A stretch of 64,000 bases of DNA from Octopus vulgaris (taxonomy: Eukaryota), in the NCBI GenBank assembly GCA_951406725.2, contig OX597816.1, positions 24,180,001 through 24,244,000 of the forward strand. Direction: 5' to 3'. Shown in pieces: positions 38,360-52,368 of the stretch. The position numbers were made by a program, and so were the translations under genes. Within the stretch, counting starts at the first letter, position 1. Each line of letters starts with the position of its first letter. Under the pieces are notes generated by a model. The model was not told the origin of the DNA, searched no databases, and saw nothing but the letters and a program-made list of their open reading frames with translations.

Positions 38360-38599
38360 GTTGTGAGAGGAAAAATTTAGTCATAGTTAGTTTCGATGTG
38401 ATATAAATAGAGAGTGAGGTGGAGGAAAGAAAATAGATGTAAGCTATGTATGGGTATTTAATTCGTAAATCCGTTTAATAGGCATAATGGTATATATGTG
38501 TAATATTCCAATATCCTTTGAGTAAAATTTATTATATATATATATATATATATATATATCCATCTCTCTCTCTCTCTCTCACACTCTCTCTCTCACTCA

Positions 38600-38630
<31 letters not shown>

Positions 38631-38742
38631 CATATGTACATACATGCATATATCTGTTTATGCTTGTATATACATAAACATAAATGCATATAACATGTGT
38701 GCCTGTGTGTGTATACGTATGAATATTTAGAAGTTTATTATG

Positions 38743-38779
<37 letters not shown>

Positions 38780-38787
38780 TATATATG

Positions 38788-38836
<49 letters not shown>

Positions 38837-39261
38837 TTACATATATACTTATATATATAAATATGCGTGTATATGTATATGCATGTGTGTGTACGTATGC
38901 ATGAGTATATTAGTAAGTATATATGTAATTATCTACAGGTGTGTACGAATGAAGATAATTCATATTGCTCTATGAATCTTTAAATAGTTATTTCAATTCC
39001 AAAATGAATTATGGTATTCTGACTGTTAGTTATATAGAATTTGAAGCGAGTCCTCTTTATTTAAAAGAAAATTGCATTGAAATACATAACATCGATCATA
39101 AATATACTCTAAATTCAATATATATTGTGCAGATTGTCAAATGATAAATTTAGTAAATTTATACGAAAATAAGCAAACAATCTCAAATTGGAGACAGATT
39201 TTGAGAGACACACACACCCGCTTGCTTGCTTCATGTTGCTGTTTGATGGGACTGGAGTCAT

Positions 39262-39578
39262 CCCAGGGTGGTGGTCCCAAAAAAGCGTCATCGTACATTG
39301 AGCCAACCAGGTTTACTAGTGCTTCTCATCGCTGGCGCACCCGTACCAGCTTCCCTACATCCTCCAAGCTGCATCCTCCAAGATGACTTCGAGCCTCTGG
39401 AGACATTCCTTAATCACGTCCGGCCACCTGGTGCCACCTGGGTCTGTCACGGAGCCTCTTCCACTCTACAGCTGTTGCGTCGATTGAGAGTAACGCCCTG
39501 GTAGGATGATCTGACGGGAGGCGGAGGACACGTCCGTACCAGCGCATGCGGTGAATAGCTATGAGGTGAGAGGCTGCA
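39262..39578 (-). pseudogene. RTE-type LINE ORF2 C-terminal fragment
   Basis: HRMRWYGRVLRLPSDHPTRALL..WKRLRDRPR..WPDVIKECL matches RLRW.GHV.R..P...RPRGRP..W.D.I. Confidence 0.7.
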
Positions 39579-39756
39579 GATCACTAGCCACTATACCTTT
39601 TATCTATTTTTCGCTTCCTGTTTATTTCTATGTTCCTTTCTGTCGAAGAGCATAGGCTCGAAACGTAAAAGACTCTCTCACTTTCCGAGCGTTAAACTAA
39701 TATATCTGTTTGTTGTTTGCACACTCGTCTTCGTCATTTGTTTTTTTGTCAAATCG

Positions 39757-39819
<63 letters not shown>

Positions 39820-40439
39820 CATTCTTTTCTACTCTAGGCACAAGGCCCGAAATTTTGAGGGAGGGGGCCAGTCGATTAGATCCATTCCTGTACGCAACTG
39901 GTACTTAATTTATCGACTACGAAAAGTTGAAAGTCAAAGTCAACCTCGGTGGAATTTGAACTCAGAACGTATAGACAAACGAAATACCGCTAAACATTTC
40001 GCCCGGTGTGCTAACGTTTCTTATTTCTTTAATGCCCACAAGGGGCTAAACACAGAGGGGACAAACAAGGACAGACAAACGGTTTAAGTCGATTATATCG
40101 ACGCCATTGCGTAACTGGTACTTATTTAATCGACCCCGAAAGGATGAAAGGCAAAGTCGACCTCGGCGGAATTTGAACTCAGAACGTAGTGGCAAACGAA
40201 ATACCTATTTCTTTACTACCCACAAGGGGCTAAACACAGAGGAGACATACAAAGATAGACAAACGGATCAAATCGATCATATCGACCCCAGTGCGTAACT
40301 GGTACTTAATTAATTGACCCCCGAAAGTATGAAAGGCAAAATCGACCTCGGCGGAATTTGAACTCAGAACCTAACGGCAGACGAAATACTGCTAAGCATT
40401 TCGCCCGGCATGCTAACGTTTCTGCCAGCTCGTCGCCTC
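39820..40439 (-). mobile_element. SINE family A, three nested or tandem partial copies
   Basis: Repeated family A central blocks. Confidence 0.85.
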
Positions 40440-41109
40440 AAAGCGTATAAATATTGAGTTAAAAATACCTTTTAGATAGAATAAGTCGATGGCTGCCCGT
40501 GGGACTCAAGACCAGATCTTCTGTAAACATGACAGACAGTCAACCGTTGGACCAAAGTAATCCCTCGAATTTCTCTCCTCATTTTAGATTAAATTTTTTT
40601 TTTTTTTGCTGCTCAACACAATGATGAGAAGAGAGATTGTTAACTGTTGAACTAATTATGAAAGGAATTGAGTGCATCCATGTCTTTATCCTCTTATCCT
40701 TCTCAAATCTATAAAGAAACAGATCTGACAATATTTCATATTTATATAATAATGATCTTCCACGTTATGATTGTAAGTCAATGAGAAAGATCTGCATTAA
40801 TCTAAGCGCAATTACTGAAGCAACAGAATCTCATTTCTTCTACCAGTAAATCTCATAAATAATTGCTTTCTATTTGACTCACTTGTTTAGACTCCTTAGA
40901 AGATTCATTTTAATTACATATTAATAAGTTATCGATTTTAATTCAGTCGTAGTTAAATTATAAGAGTATTTAATTCGAAAAACATCGTCTTTATTATTCT
41001 TGACAGAGCTGGCCCTAATTATGTTTTTATCTATTAAGTAAACTCGACATACTTTAACCCTAATAATTCGAAGTGTAATGATACCTTCACATATGATATG
41101 TTTATTTTA

Positions 41110-42540
41110 AGGCAGCCAGCTAACAGAATCATTAGCATGCTGGGTAAAATATTTAGCAGTATTTTCTCCATCTTTATGTTCTGAGCTCATATTGTTCTGA
41201 TGTCGACTTATCCTCTTTGGGTCGTTGAAATTGAGCACTAATCGACTTACCCACTCCCTCGAAAAAGTTCAAATTCCGCCGAGGTCGACTTGTCTTTTTA
41301 GGGGTCGTTGAACTAAGAACCAGTTGAGCTCTGGGGTCGATTAATCGACTCACCCACTCACCCCGAAATTGTTAGCCTTGTGCCAATATGTGACGCCAAT
41401 ATGGTATGCTTCTTTATGGCAGCGAGCTGGTAGAATCTTTAGCATGCCGAACGAAACGCTTAGTCGCATTTCGTCTGTTTTTACGTCCTGAGTTCAAATT
41501 GTTCTGATGTCGACTTATCCTCTTCAGGTCGTTGAAATTGAGCATCAGTCGACTAACCCACTCACCTCGAAATTGCTGGCCATGTACCAATATGGTATGC
41601 TTCTTATGTGAAGGCGCGTGGCATAGTGGTTAGGGTGTCAGCATCATGATCGTAAGATTGTGGTTTCGATTCCTGGACCAGGCGACGCTTTGTGTTCCTG
41701 AGCAAAACACTTCATTTCACGTTGCTCCAGTTCACTCAGCTGGCAAAAATGAGTAACACTGCGATGGACCGGTGTCCTATCCAGCTGGGGAACTCATACG
41801 CCATAGAAACCGGGAAACCGAGCCCATGAGCCTGGCTAGGCTTTAAAAAGGGCGCATTTATTTTTTAATGCTTCTTTATGGCAGCGAGCTGGCAGAATCG
41901 TTAGCACGCCGAACGAAATGCTTAGCGGCATTTCGTCTATTTTTACGTTCTGAGTTCAAATTCCGCCGAAGTCGACTTGTCTTCTTGGGGGTCATTGAAA
42001 TAAGCGCCAATTAAGCTCTGGGGTTGATGTAACCGACTCAGTCACTCACCCCTCGAAATTGTTAGCCTTGTGCCAATATGGTATGATCCTTAATCGTGGC
42101 GAGCTGGCAGACACGTTAGCACGCTGGGCGAATTGCTGAGCGGCATTTCGTCCGTCTTTATGTTCTGTGTTCAAATTCCGCCGATGCCAACTTATCTTCC
42201 CGGGGTCGTTGAAATAAGTTCAGTTGAGCACTGGGGTCGATGTAATTGACTTACACACTCCCTCGAAATTGCCGGCCTTGTGCCAAAAATTGAAGCCAAT
42301 ATGATAAACTTCTTTATGGCAGCTGACTGGCAGAATTGTTAGCACGTCGGGAGTAATGGTTACAGGCGTTTCGTCCGTCTTCGCGTTCTGAGTTCAAACT
42401 CTGCCGAGGTCGACTCTGCTTTTCATTCTTTCGAATATCGATAAAATAAGCACCAGCGAAATACTGGGGTCGATGTAATCGACTTACCCTCTCTCCGAAC
42501 TTGCTAGCTTTGTACCAAAATTTGAAGCCAATATGGTATG
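41110..42540 (+). repeat. head-to-tail array of about 6-7 diverged family A SINE units, interrupted by a family D SINE (41610-41860)
   Basis: Recurring CCAATATGGTATGCTTCTTTATGGCAGCGAGCTGG junction. The inserted SINE is flanked by ATGCTTCTT(T)ATG. Confidence 0.8.
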
Positions 42541-42564
42541 TTTGCTTTCTGTTCTACTACAGGA

Positions 42565-42950
42565 ATAGCTCTGTGGTCAAGATGTTCATTTCGCAACCAC
42601 GTGGCTTTGGTTGCAGTCCCATTGCGCGACACCTTGGCGAACGTCTTCTACTATAACTTCAGACTGACCAATGCCTTGTGAGAGAATTTGGTACACCGAA
42701 ACTGTGTGGAATCCCGTCCTATGTAGATATATATATGTGTGTGTGTGTAAGTGTATGTGTCTTTGTATTTTAGTTTGTCCTCATACCGCTTGACAACCAG
42801 TGTTGGTTTGTTTACGTCTGTGTAAATTAGCTGTTTGGCAAAAGTCACCAATAGAACAAGTACCAGACTTTAAAATGAATAAATACTCGGATCGATTTGC
42901 TCGACTTAAACACTTTAAGACAGCGTCCCAGGCCGCAGTTCCAATAATAA
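42565..42950 (+). mobile_element. SINE family B, old copy
   Basis: Diverged family B blocks. Confidence 0.65.
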
Positions 42951-42960
42951 TAAGATAAAC

Positions 42961-43025
<65 letters not shown>

Positions 43026-43026
<1 letters not shown>

Positions 43027-43579
43027 CCCTTATGCAGTACCAGTCAGTGTCTCTCATGGCTTCTGATCTTAACTGATTGGAAGTGTTATCATGTACATTG
43101 TTTTGTCTTGGTATAAAAGATGGACTACAGCAAATATTCCGCTCAATACCACAGATTTGCTTGTCAGTTGCTTGATCTTAACCAGTTGAACATGTCCCTT
43201 AGTGGCTGACGATATGTGCATCTCTGATCACGAGCAGAAGTAGTGGGGGAGCATCATAGCCATGTGTTGAGAGGGATATTTTTGAGTTTGAATAATTCAC
43301 CTTTGGAAACATGGGTGTTTCGTTCAACATCCTTCAACAACCCTTATTCAGGGACCTTTTGAGCGGGATGGGTTACTCGACCAGAAGAAAATTCTAACTG
43401 GGCCCCACCTGCAAGGTCATGTGCTGTTTATCTTGATATGAGATCACCATGTCACGCACATATGGTTGTGATGCATGTGCCTGGTGTACCCTTATCAGAC
43501 GGGTAGTCATGATGGGTATACTGGGCTTCGTATATTTTACCCCGGAGTCACTTTGATGGCATGCACTGCTCTCTCACTC
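43026..43579 (+). mobile_element. 554-bp element flanked on both sides by perfect (AAT)n
   Basis: Sharp boundaries against (AAT)n at 42961-43025 and 43580-43641, with no ORF. Confidence 0.6.
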
Positions 43580-43641
<62 letters not shown>

Positions 43642-43996
43642 GATAATTTGAAAAAGTGTATTTTAGATTGTTATACATCATACATCATTGCAAGTAACAC
43701 AAACGGATTTGTTTATTTCCACAATTTATCCGACGTTATTAATATATTCTTTAGATATTATACAAACACACTTTATTTTTATTTATCGATATTAAGTTGC
43801 AAATTAGCATTATGCTATCTACGAGCTAGCTTTTAATCTAAATGCAGGAAACGGTTCAGTCTTCTCCATCTTTATAAATAGTAAAAATATTTTGTATTTG
43901 CGCAAATTATATAACTAATATAATTGACAAATTTTTAATCATATCCTATAATATGATACATTGTGTTATATTAGCTGGTTAGTATAATACCAAGAG

Positions 43997-44498
43997 GATG
44001 CGCGTGGCTTAGTGGTTAGGGTGTTGAACTCATGATCGTAAGGTTGTCGTCTCGATTCCTGGATCGGGCGATGCCTTGTGTTCTTGAGTAAAACATTTCA
44101 TTTCACGTTGCTCCAGTCCACTCACCTGGCAAAAATGAGTAACACTGAGACGGACCGGCGTGCCGTCCAGGTGGGGAATTTCTACGCCACTGAAACCGGG
44201 AAACCGGCTCTTATGAGCCTGGCACGGCTCGCGAAGGAACATTTGTAAGGCGCGTGGCTTAGTGGTTAGGGTGTCAGCATCAAGATCGTAAGATTGTGGT
44301 TTCGATTCCTGGACTGGGCGATGCGTCGTGTTCTTGAGCAAAACACTTAATTTCACGTTGCTCCAGTTCACTCACCTGGCAAAAATGAGTATTCCTGCGA
44401 CGGACCGGCGTCTCGTCCAGGTGGGGAATTTCTATGCCACTGAAACCGGGAAACCGGCCCTTATCAGCCTGGCATGGCTCGAGAAGGAACATTGTTTT
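43997..44498 (+). mobile_element. SINE family D head-to-tail dimer within a single TSD pair
   Basis: Two units GCGCGTGGCTTAGTGGTTAGGGTGT.. at about 43999 and 44250. TSD TATAATACCAAGAG at 43983-43996 and 44499-44512. Confidence 0.85.
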
Positions 44499-44928
44499 TA
44501 TAATACCAAGAGCATGGCGGGGAACTGGCAGAATCATTGGCATGATTCCCAGACTACGCTATGCGCTGTATTATTTTTCTTGAACAAGGTTCTTCATCTT
44601 ATCGTTGTTCTACGATCACTTGGACATCGGAAGCGTGGAACACCATACACCCGTACATGCAATGTCGATTTGAAAATAGATAGAAAGATAGAAGAGATGG
44701 TCTGCTCATTGGCAAGTCGGTGTGTGTGTGTCGGTGTGTGTGTCGGTGTGTCTGCCTGTCTATGTGTGTGTGTTTGTCAATTCGTTAATAATTACCTTCA
44801 GCGATAGCGGTAATTCTTAGCTGCTGCCGGAAGTCTGAGCAGACAAAATGACGGAATTGAAATTTTAAAATGAAATATAAAATTTGTATACCGGTGTGTA
44901 TGTGTATGTGTGTGGCTGTGTGGGAAAT

Positions 44929-45380
44929 AGGCGCAGAAGTAGCTGTGTGGTAAGTAGCTTGTTTACCAACCACATGGTTCCGGGTTCAGTCCCACTGCGT
45001 GGCACCTTGGGCAAGTGTCTCCTACTATAGCCTCGGGCCGACCAAAGCCTTGTGAGTGGATTTGGTAGACGGAAACTGAAAGAAGCCTGTCGTATATATG
45101 TATATATATGTGTGTGTGCGTGTATATATATATATATATATGTGTGTATGTGTGTGTATGTGTGTGTGTGTATGTTTGTGTGTTTGTGTTTGTCCCCCAA
45201 CATTGCTTGACAACCGATGCCGGTGTGTTTATGTCTCCGTAACTTAGCGGTTCGGCAAAGAGACCGATAGAGTAAGTACTAGAATTACCAAGAATAAGTC
45301 CTGGGGCGATTTGCTCGACTAAAGGCGGTGCTCCAGCATGGCCACAGTCAAATGACTGAAACAAGTAAAAGAGTAAAAGA
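44929..45380 (+). mobile_element. SINE family B, full length
   Basis: Head AGGCGCAG.AGT.GCTGTGTGGTAAG (A box) and GGGTTCAGTCCC (B box), CORE-like CCTTGGGCAAGT, internal microsatellite and (GAGTAAAA) tail. Confidence 0.9.
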
Positions 45381-45887
45381 ATATACGTTTACACGTACAC
45401 ACATGTATGTATACGCATAAATATGCACACACACACGCACACACACACACACACACACACATTTGTGTTGGTAGCGTCTTTTATCTTTTATTTGTTTCAT
45501 TCATTAGACTGTGGCCATGCTGGGGCACTACCTTGAAGAATTTTAGTCGAGAGAATCGACACGAGTACTAATTTTTATTTAAGCCTGGCATCCATTCTAT
45601 CGGCTCCTTTAGCCGAACCTGTAAGTTACAGGGATCGTAAACACACCAACGCCGGCTGTCAAGTGGTGGTGGTGATGGAGGGCAAACACAGGAACAGGTG
45701 TATGTCAAATTTGCTCCAATAAAAGAAAAATATGTAATGACCATTATTTATACATTGTCTTGTATGTCACTGTGTAAAAGCCAGTATAACTGGAGCACAG
45801 CCACGGATTTACAATACAGAATGTGATGAACTATAACCTGGGACTCTGCCACGGGAATACGTGGAGTTCTTTACTAATCTAAGTAAT

Positions 45888-46260
45888 ATTCTTTTCTACT
45901 CTAGGCACAAGTACCGAAATTTTTAGGGGAGGGGGCCAGTCGATTAGATCAACCCCAGTACGAAACTGGTACTAAATTTATCGACCCCTAAAGGATTAAA
46001 GGTAAAGTCGACCTCGGCGGAAATTTGAACTCAGAACGTATCGGCAGACGAAATACCTATTTCTTTACTACCCACAAGGGGCTAAACACAGAGGGGACAA
46101 ACAAGGACAGACAAATGGATTAAGTCAACCATATCGACCCCAGTGCGTAACTGGCACTTATTTAATCAAGCTCGAAAGAATGAAAGGCAAAATCGACCCT
46201 CGGCGGAATTTGAACTCTGAACGTAGCGGCAGACGAAATACCTATTTCTTTACTACCCAC
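45888..46260 (-). mobile_element. SINE family A partial tandem copies
   Basis: Family A blocks. Confidence 0.8.
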
Positions 46261-46961
46261 ACCACCACCATCATTATCATCACCATTAGTAATATCCTAA
46301 ATGTTGAAAATATGTTGATGATGAATATAGTATTGATAGTGATAATCCTCATTGCATCAATTCCCCCCTCTCTCTCTTTTTCTCTCTCTATGTGTGTGTG
46401 TGTGTATGTGTGTGTGGGTGTGTGCGTGTGTGTAGCCGTCTCTTTCTACGTCACTCTCTTCCCCAAGTGCCTTCTATTTCACCGTTTTACCGTAGCTCAT
46501 GTCTCTATTATAATATCCTGAATCAATCACACTTGAATTTACTGTACTTCCGGTCATGTGAGCAACCGGGCATCCGGCTTTCCATTCTAGCGTCATTCGT
46601 TGATTCCAACTGTCTGATTAACCAATTTCCAAAACCCAAATTTCATCAGCGAGTAAATTATTGTGGAATAAATACAGTTCCTGTCATTGGCTTTCAAAGA
46701 TAAGATTTTAAATTGTTGCTGTTGCTGTTGTTATTATCGTAGTCGTTGGGTGAAGGCGCGTGGCTTAGTGGTTAGGGTGTTCAGTTCACGGTCGTATGGT
46801 TGACTTTGCTTTTCATATTTTCTTTGTGATCGATAAAAATACATACCGGTCATGTACTGGGGTCAATGTAATTGACTTGACCACCATCCACCGAGTTTGC
46901 TGGCCTTGTACCAAAATTTGAAATCATTGTCGCCTCTGATAAACTGTCTTAGTAAAGATGT

Positions 46962-47371
46962 GGCGCAGGAGTGGCAGTGTGATAAGTAGCTATAGGCACA
47001 GGAGTGGCTATGTGGTAAGTAGTTATAGGCGCAGGAGTGGCTGTGTAGTAAGTAGCTATAGGCGCAGGAGTGGCTATGTGGTAAGTAGCTATAGGCGCAA
47101 AGTGACTATGTGGCAAGTAGCTATAAGCACAGGAGTGGCTATGTGGTAAGTAGTTATAGGCGCAGGAGTGGCTATGTGGTAAGTAGCTATAGGCGCAGGA
47201 GTGGCTATGCGGTAAGTAGCTATAGGCGCAAAGTGACTATGTGGCAAGTAGCTATAGGCACAGGAGTGGCTATGTGGTAAGTAGTTATAGGCGCAGGAGT
47301 GGCTATGTGGCAAGTAGCTATAGGCGCAGGAGTAGCTATGTGGTAAGTAGCTATAGGTGCAGGAGTGGCTA
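46962..47371 (+). repeat. 33-bp minisatellite (about 12 copies) derived from the family B SINE 5' end
   Basis: Unit AGGCGCAGGAGTGGCTATGTGGTAAGTAGCTAT. Confidence 0.95.
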
Positions 47372-47407
47372 TCTATTCCTTATGCAAAGTCTGACCACCA
47401 CTTGTAC

Positions 47408-47810
47408 TTACATGTTAGATCTATCATGGCATTTGATGTGGCTTTTTAAACCAGAAAATGTATTGAAAAGACACCCACACAAATTGCATATCTGCTTTGG
47501 ACTACCAGGAGCTGCAATTAAGTTCTGATCGTTGTCGATCTTAAAATGTGTTTTGAGGCCTCCGTTTGATTTGCAGACCTTATGGCATACACGGCATTGA
47601 CAGGTATTCACAGACATATATGCTGAATAATCGGTGGATGTTCGTTTTTCATGGCTTCGCAAATGAAACTTGAGCCGAGCAAAAGAAAGCATGGCCTGTC
47701 ACAAATTGTACATACAAAAAGGTGGTTGTGATTTGGGATTCATTTACACGTAGATCGCAGCATTTTTCTATAAATTTCTTTTGAGTTTTGCATGGGTCAT
47801 CCTGATTTCT
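47408..47810 (-). pseudogene. LINE (probably RTE-type) ORF2 C-terminus with three C2H2-like zinc fingers
   Basis: FVCTICDRPC/SFARLKFHLRSH, CRVCHKVCKSNGGLKTHF and CNLCGCLFNTFSGLKSHIKCH, with a frameshift and no TGEKP linkers. Confidence 0.55.
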
Positions 47811-47904
47811 TCAAAAGCTTTCACTCCACTCACATACATACATACATACATACATACATACATACATACATACATACATACATACATACATACATACATA
47901 CGTA

Positions 47905-48178
47905 TGTAAAATCCTAGAAATATTCGAATTCACAGAAAAAGAGCAAAAGAACTGACGGGGGTTCTCCAAATCCAATCTATTAGTGGCACAGTGAAGATAT
48001 GTAATACATTCCAAAGATTCTCCATGTGAGAATCTTATGTGAATAGATGCACACGCTTGCGTATATGCATAGACAGTACAACCAACATACCAACGCAACC
48101 ATCTATTTACAAACACCGGGAACTCTCTTAACCATAAAACGTTGGCGCTTCGTTAGTGACCGGCTTGAACTCTCTAAT
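47905..48178 (+). mobile_element. 3' end of an RLE-clade (R4-like) LINE flanked by (CATA)n
   Basis: Reads ..LQIQSISGTVKICNTFQRFSM* followed by a short 3' UTR, with (CATA)n at 47832-47900 and 48178-48240. Confidence 0.5.
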
Positions 48179-48250
48179 ACATACATACATACATACATAC
48201 ATACATACATACATACATACATACATACATACATACATACGTATGTATAC

Positions 48251-48670
48251 AGGCGTAGGAGTGGCTGTGTAGTAAGTAGCTTGCTTACCAACCACATGGT
48301 TCCGGGTTCAGTCCCACTGGGTAGTACCTTGGGCAAGTGTTTTCTTCTATAGCCTCGGGCTGACCAAAGCCTTGTGAGTGGATCTGGTAGACGGAAACTG
48401 AAAGAAGCCCATTGTATATATGTATATGTATATGTGTGTGTGTGTATATATATGTTTGTGTGCCTGTGTTTGTCCCCCCCCCACCAACAACGCTAGACAA
48501 CCAATGCTGGTGTGTTTATGTCCCCGTAACTTAGCGGTTCGGCCAAAGGGACCGTTAGAATAAGTACTAGGCTTACAAAGAATAAGTCCTGCGGTCAGTT
48601 TGTTCGACTAAAGGCAGTGGTTCAGCATAGCCGCTGTCAAATGACTGAAACAAATAAAAGAATAAAAGAA
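48251..48670 (+). mobile_element. SINE family B, full length
   Basis: As 44929-45380. Confidence 0.9.
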
Positions 48671-48852
48671 TAATTAAAGGTTTGTACATTGATGATTAAA
48701 TTTCACTTAAATATAACATTTGATCATTTGTTTTCTTTATTCAAAATTCGGACAGAACTTATGGGATGACCTGATATATATCATATCTACGACATATGTA
48801 TATATGTATGCATATATCTCGTAAATGACACAAACACGTGCGCGCACACGCA

Positions 48853-48929
<77 letters not shown>

Positions 48930-49372
48930 TTACATACAAACACTTGCATATACAAATCAGCCATATGATATGTACGGTAATAAAGCAGACAGAGACACAG
49001 AGAAAACAGTCTTAGAAAAGGGTGAAGAGATAAATCAATATATAAGCAGATATGCCGAAAATAAGTAAATGACAGACTGTCGCAAATATATCTTGTAGCA
49101 TTCGGCCGTGTCTATTTATGTCGTGAGTTTAGCAATTCCTGAGCAATCAACGATGAACGAGTGCATCATGCTCCTGGACAGACGATGTGGATTTGATGGA
49201 GAGAGTGAGCTAACGTGCAGCACAACTGGTCGAATACTATAAACAAATCATTGGAGGATAGGTTGTTCAGCACGAAAGTGTAGAAACGCCCTTCTTGAAT
49301 TCGAGAGACTACGATCAACTTTTATAAACACACCTGCGCACATGCACGCACATACACGCGCACACACACCTC

Positions 49373-49410
<38 letters not shown>

Positions 49411-49411
<1 letters not shown>

Positions 49412-49817
49412 TCTTTTACTTGTTTCAGTCATTTGACTGCGGCCATGCTGGAGCACCGCCTTTAGTCGAGCAAATCGACCCCAGGACTTATTCTTTCTAA
49501 ACCTAGTACTTATTCTATCGGTCTTTTTTACTGAACCGCTAAGTTATGGGGACGTAAACACACCAGCATCGGTTGTCAAGCGATGTTGGGGGGTGGGTGG
49601 CAAACACAGACACACAACACACACACATATACATATATACATATACATATATACGACGGGCTTCTTTCAGTTTCCGTCTACCAAATCCACTCACAAGGCT
49701 TTGGTCGGCCCGAGGCTATAGTAGAAGACACTTGCCCAAGGTGCCACGCAGTGGGACTGATCCCGGAACCATCTGTTTGGTAAACAAGCTACTTACCACA
49801 TACCGACTCCTGCACCT
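49411..49817 (-). mobile_element. SINE family B, full length
   Basis: As above, in inverse orientation. Confidence 0.9.
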
Positions 49818-50802
49818 ACATATATATGTATGTATGAATGGATGAATCAAACAGTTTCTTTCAAATTCCTTGGTGTTTCAAATGTGATGCTAGTTTTCAG
49901 CCATTGGAATTCCAATGGCTGAAGATTCACATCACGCTTGAAGTACCAAGGAATTTGAATCAAACTGTTTGAGCTCTCAATAAATGTGTTCAGTGCCTTT
50001 CTTTCGTTTGTCTGCTCATTCGTATATATAAAACAAAAGGAAAATATATAGGAAAATGTGTTATTGAAAATGCATCTAAATTTCAACAACTCAAAAATGT
50101 TTAAAATACATTTATTTACATATATACCAAACTAGTTTCAACAATATTGCTTGTTTATCAATGGCAACATATTAAAATTTAAAAAAAAACATCTTTAAAT
50201 GTTTCAATGTTGACAAATTAAAATGTTTCAATATTGATAAATTAACATGTTCAAAACAGACGTGTAAGTCTGAATGTTCATACAGTGAATAAAATTAAAA
50301 CAATATATTAATTTGTTTGAATGTACAAATTTCATTAATTTTAGTGCCTACCCTGAATAAAATAGATCGATAGTAACATTTTCCTTTTATGGCAAAATAT
50401 GCACTTAATTCAATAAAATTATGAAAGTTACTCTGATTGTTATGCATAAAATGCAAAATATTTTATTTTTTTCTAGATTAGGTAGGCATAATTCACCCTT
50501 GCTCTACAATCTCAGTATTAAACCTACGCATAATACTGCTGTAGTGCATGTGCTGCGTACACTCCCACAAGAACGTTTTCCTTACGTGCTATAAAGGCAG
50601 AAGTGTATCGCTTATTTTTTTGTGTTTTACTACGTAAACGTCACCACCTGCCTACCCTGAGTAATTACTCACGACACGTGCCTGATACATACATACATAC
50701 ATATAGCTATAATAATATATCATTTATGTAAACAAATTGATTGAAAAATGATGGACTAACCCTAACTTTCTCTCCGTAACTCACAAAGCCGTCTGATTTG
50801 TT

Positions 50803-51037
<235 letters not shown>

Positions 51038-52015
51038 TATATATATCAATTCGTGTCTTCCTTTTCAATCTTCTACATCAGTGTGTGTGTGTGTAGGTTT
51101 CAAGGGCTAGGTTTAATAATTCGACCACGGAAGTACACTATTTGACCCGCAATTGGTCAGAGTGAATAAATAGGTATAGATGTTCGATAATTTCGTTGAA
51201 AGCAATTACATCTTGTTAACTATAACAGTAATTTCATCACCCAGTGATTTCATCGCAAAGTATGGTATTAGTATTGATTAGAGTGAATACATCGTCAGCA
51301 AATTCATCGTCATACTTTATCGTTGAACGACACTTAAAGTCTTTTATTTGCCTAGTAAATATATCATATTTCATTAGCAATGAAATAAACATTCAAAGAT
51401 AACAAAAAAATATCATTAATTTAAAATTTATTCAATATATACATGAAGAAATAAAGAAACGTTACTTTTAAATATAAAATTTCGAAGAAAAAAATAATCA
51501 GTAAAACGAATTATGCTATTTTGAATTGTAGGAAGTACAACAAAAGAAAAACATAAAATTATTCTATAAAAAAAGAATTACGAGCGATGTCAAATAATCC
51601 AGTATTTTTTTTCCCATTTTCATATCACCGATGATACGTTGAATTCTCGTTAATCTATCTTTATATCTCTTTTTATGATGTGGAATATCAGCACTGGTGA
51701 TATAGTGTTCGATTATAACTTTCTTTCTTGATTATTCATTCTTCGAGGTTTATAAAAATTTTCCCCGATCGTATGATGGAATTTTTTTCTAGCTTTGGAA
51801 TTATTCTTCGTTGTTAATAAAATACGACATATTTACTATGTGAATAAAATATTTAAATAAAACTTAGTAATAATGTATTTTATTCAGTGGTTTAAAAATA
51901 TCACTTCGTATATATCGACGACGTCTACACACTGAACCGGTGCCTACAACCAGAACAGATAAACCGGCAATAGTATGTCGAGATTTCCACCAGTTGTCGA
52001 TGAATCGAGAGTGAG

Positions 52016-52056
<41 letters not shown>

Positions 52057-52183
52057 TTTGCTGAACTTATACATATATATATATATATAAGTTCAGCAAA
52101 ATTTAGATTCAGATGAATATGGTACTTAAGTTAAAGGCACCAGAATTTTGTATGGTATTATCCATATAAATCAAATTATATAT

Positions 52184-52269
52184 GTGGCTGAAGATTGCTC
52201 GACACTTTAAAAAAGATGTAATACTTACAGTGTTTAATAAAATGAAGTAGCAAGAAACAATTGTACTAC
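52184..52269 (+). ncRNA. type I hammerhead ribozyme, canonical core
   Basis: GTGG CTGAAGA TTGCT..AGCAA GAAA CAATTG TA CTAC, in a module between (TA)-rich tracts. Confidence 0.75.
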
Positions 52270-52368
52270 TCTACCTTGGATATCCTTGTTACTTATATAT
52301 ATAAATATATATATATGTATGTATGTATGTATGTATGAATGAATGTATGTATATATATTAGTTTAATG

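Noticed and set aside
40490-40560. tRNA-like fragment on the minus strand
   Set aside because: Too degenerate to assign.
46962-47371. CRISPR-like 33-bp repeat array
   Set aside because: No unique spacers, no cas genes, a eukaryotic context, and the unit is a SINE head.
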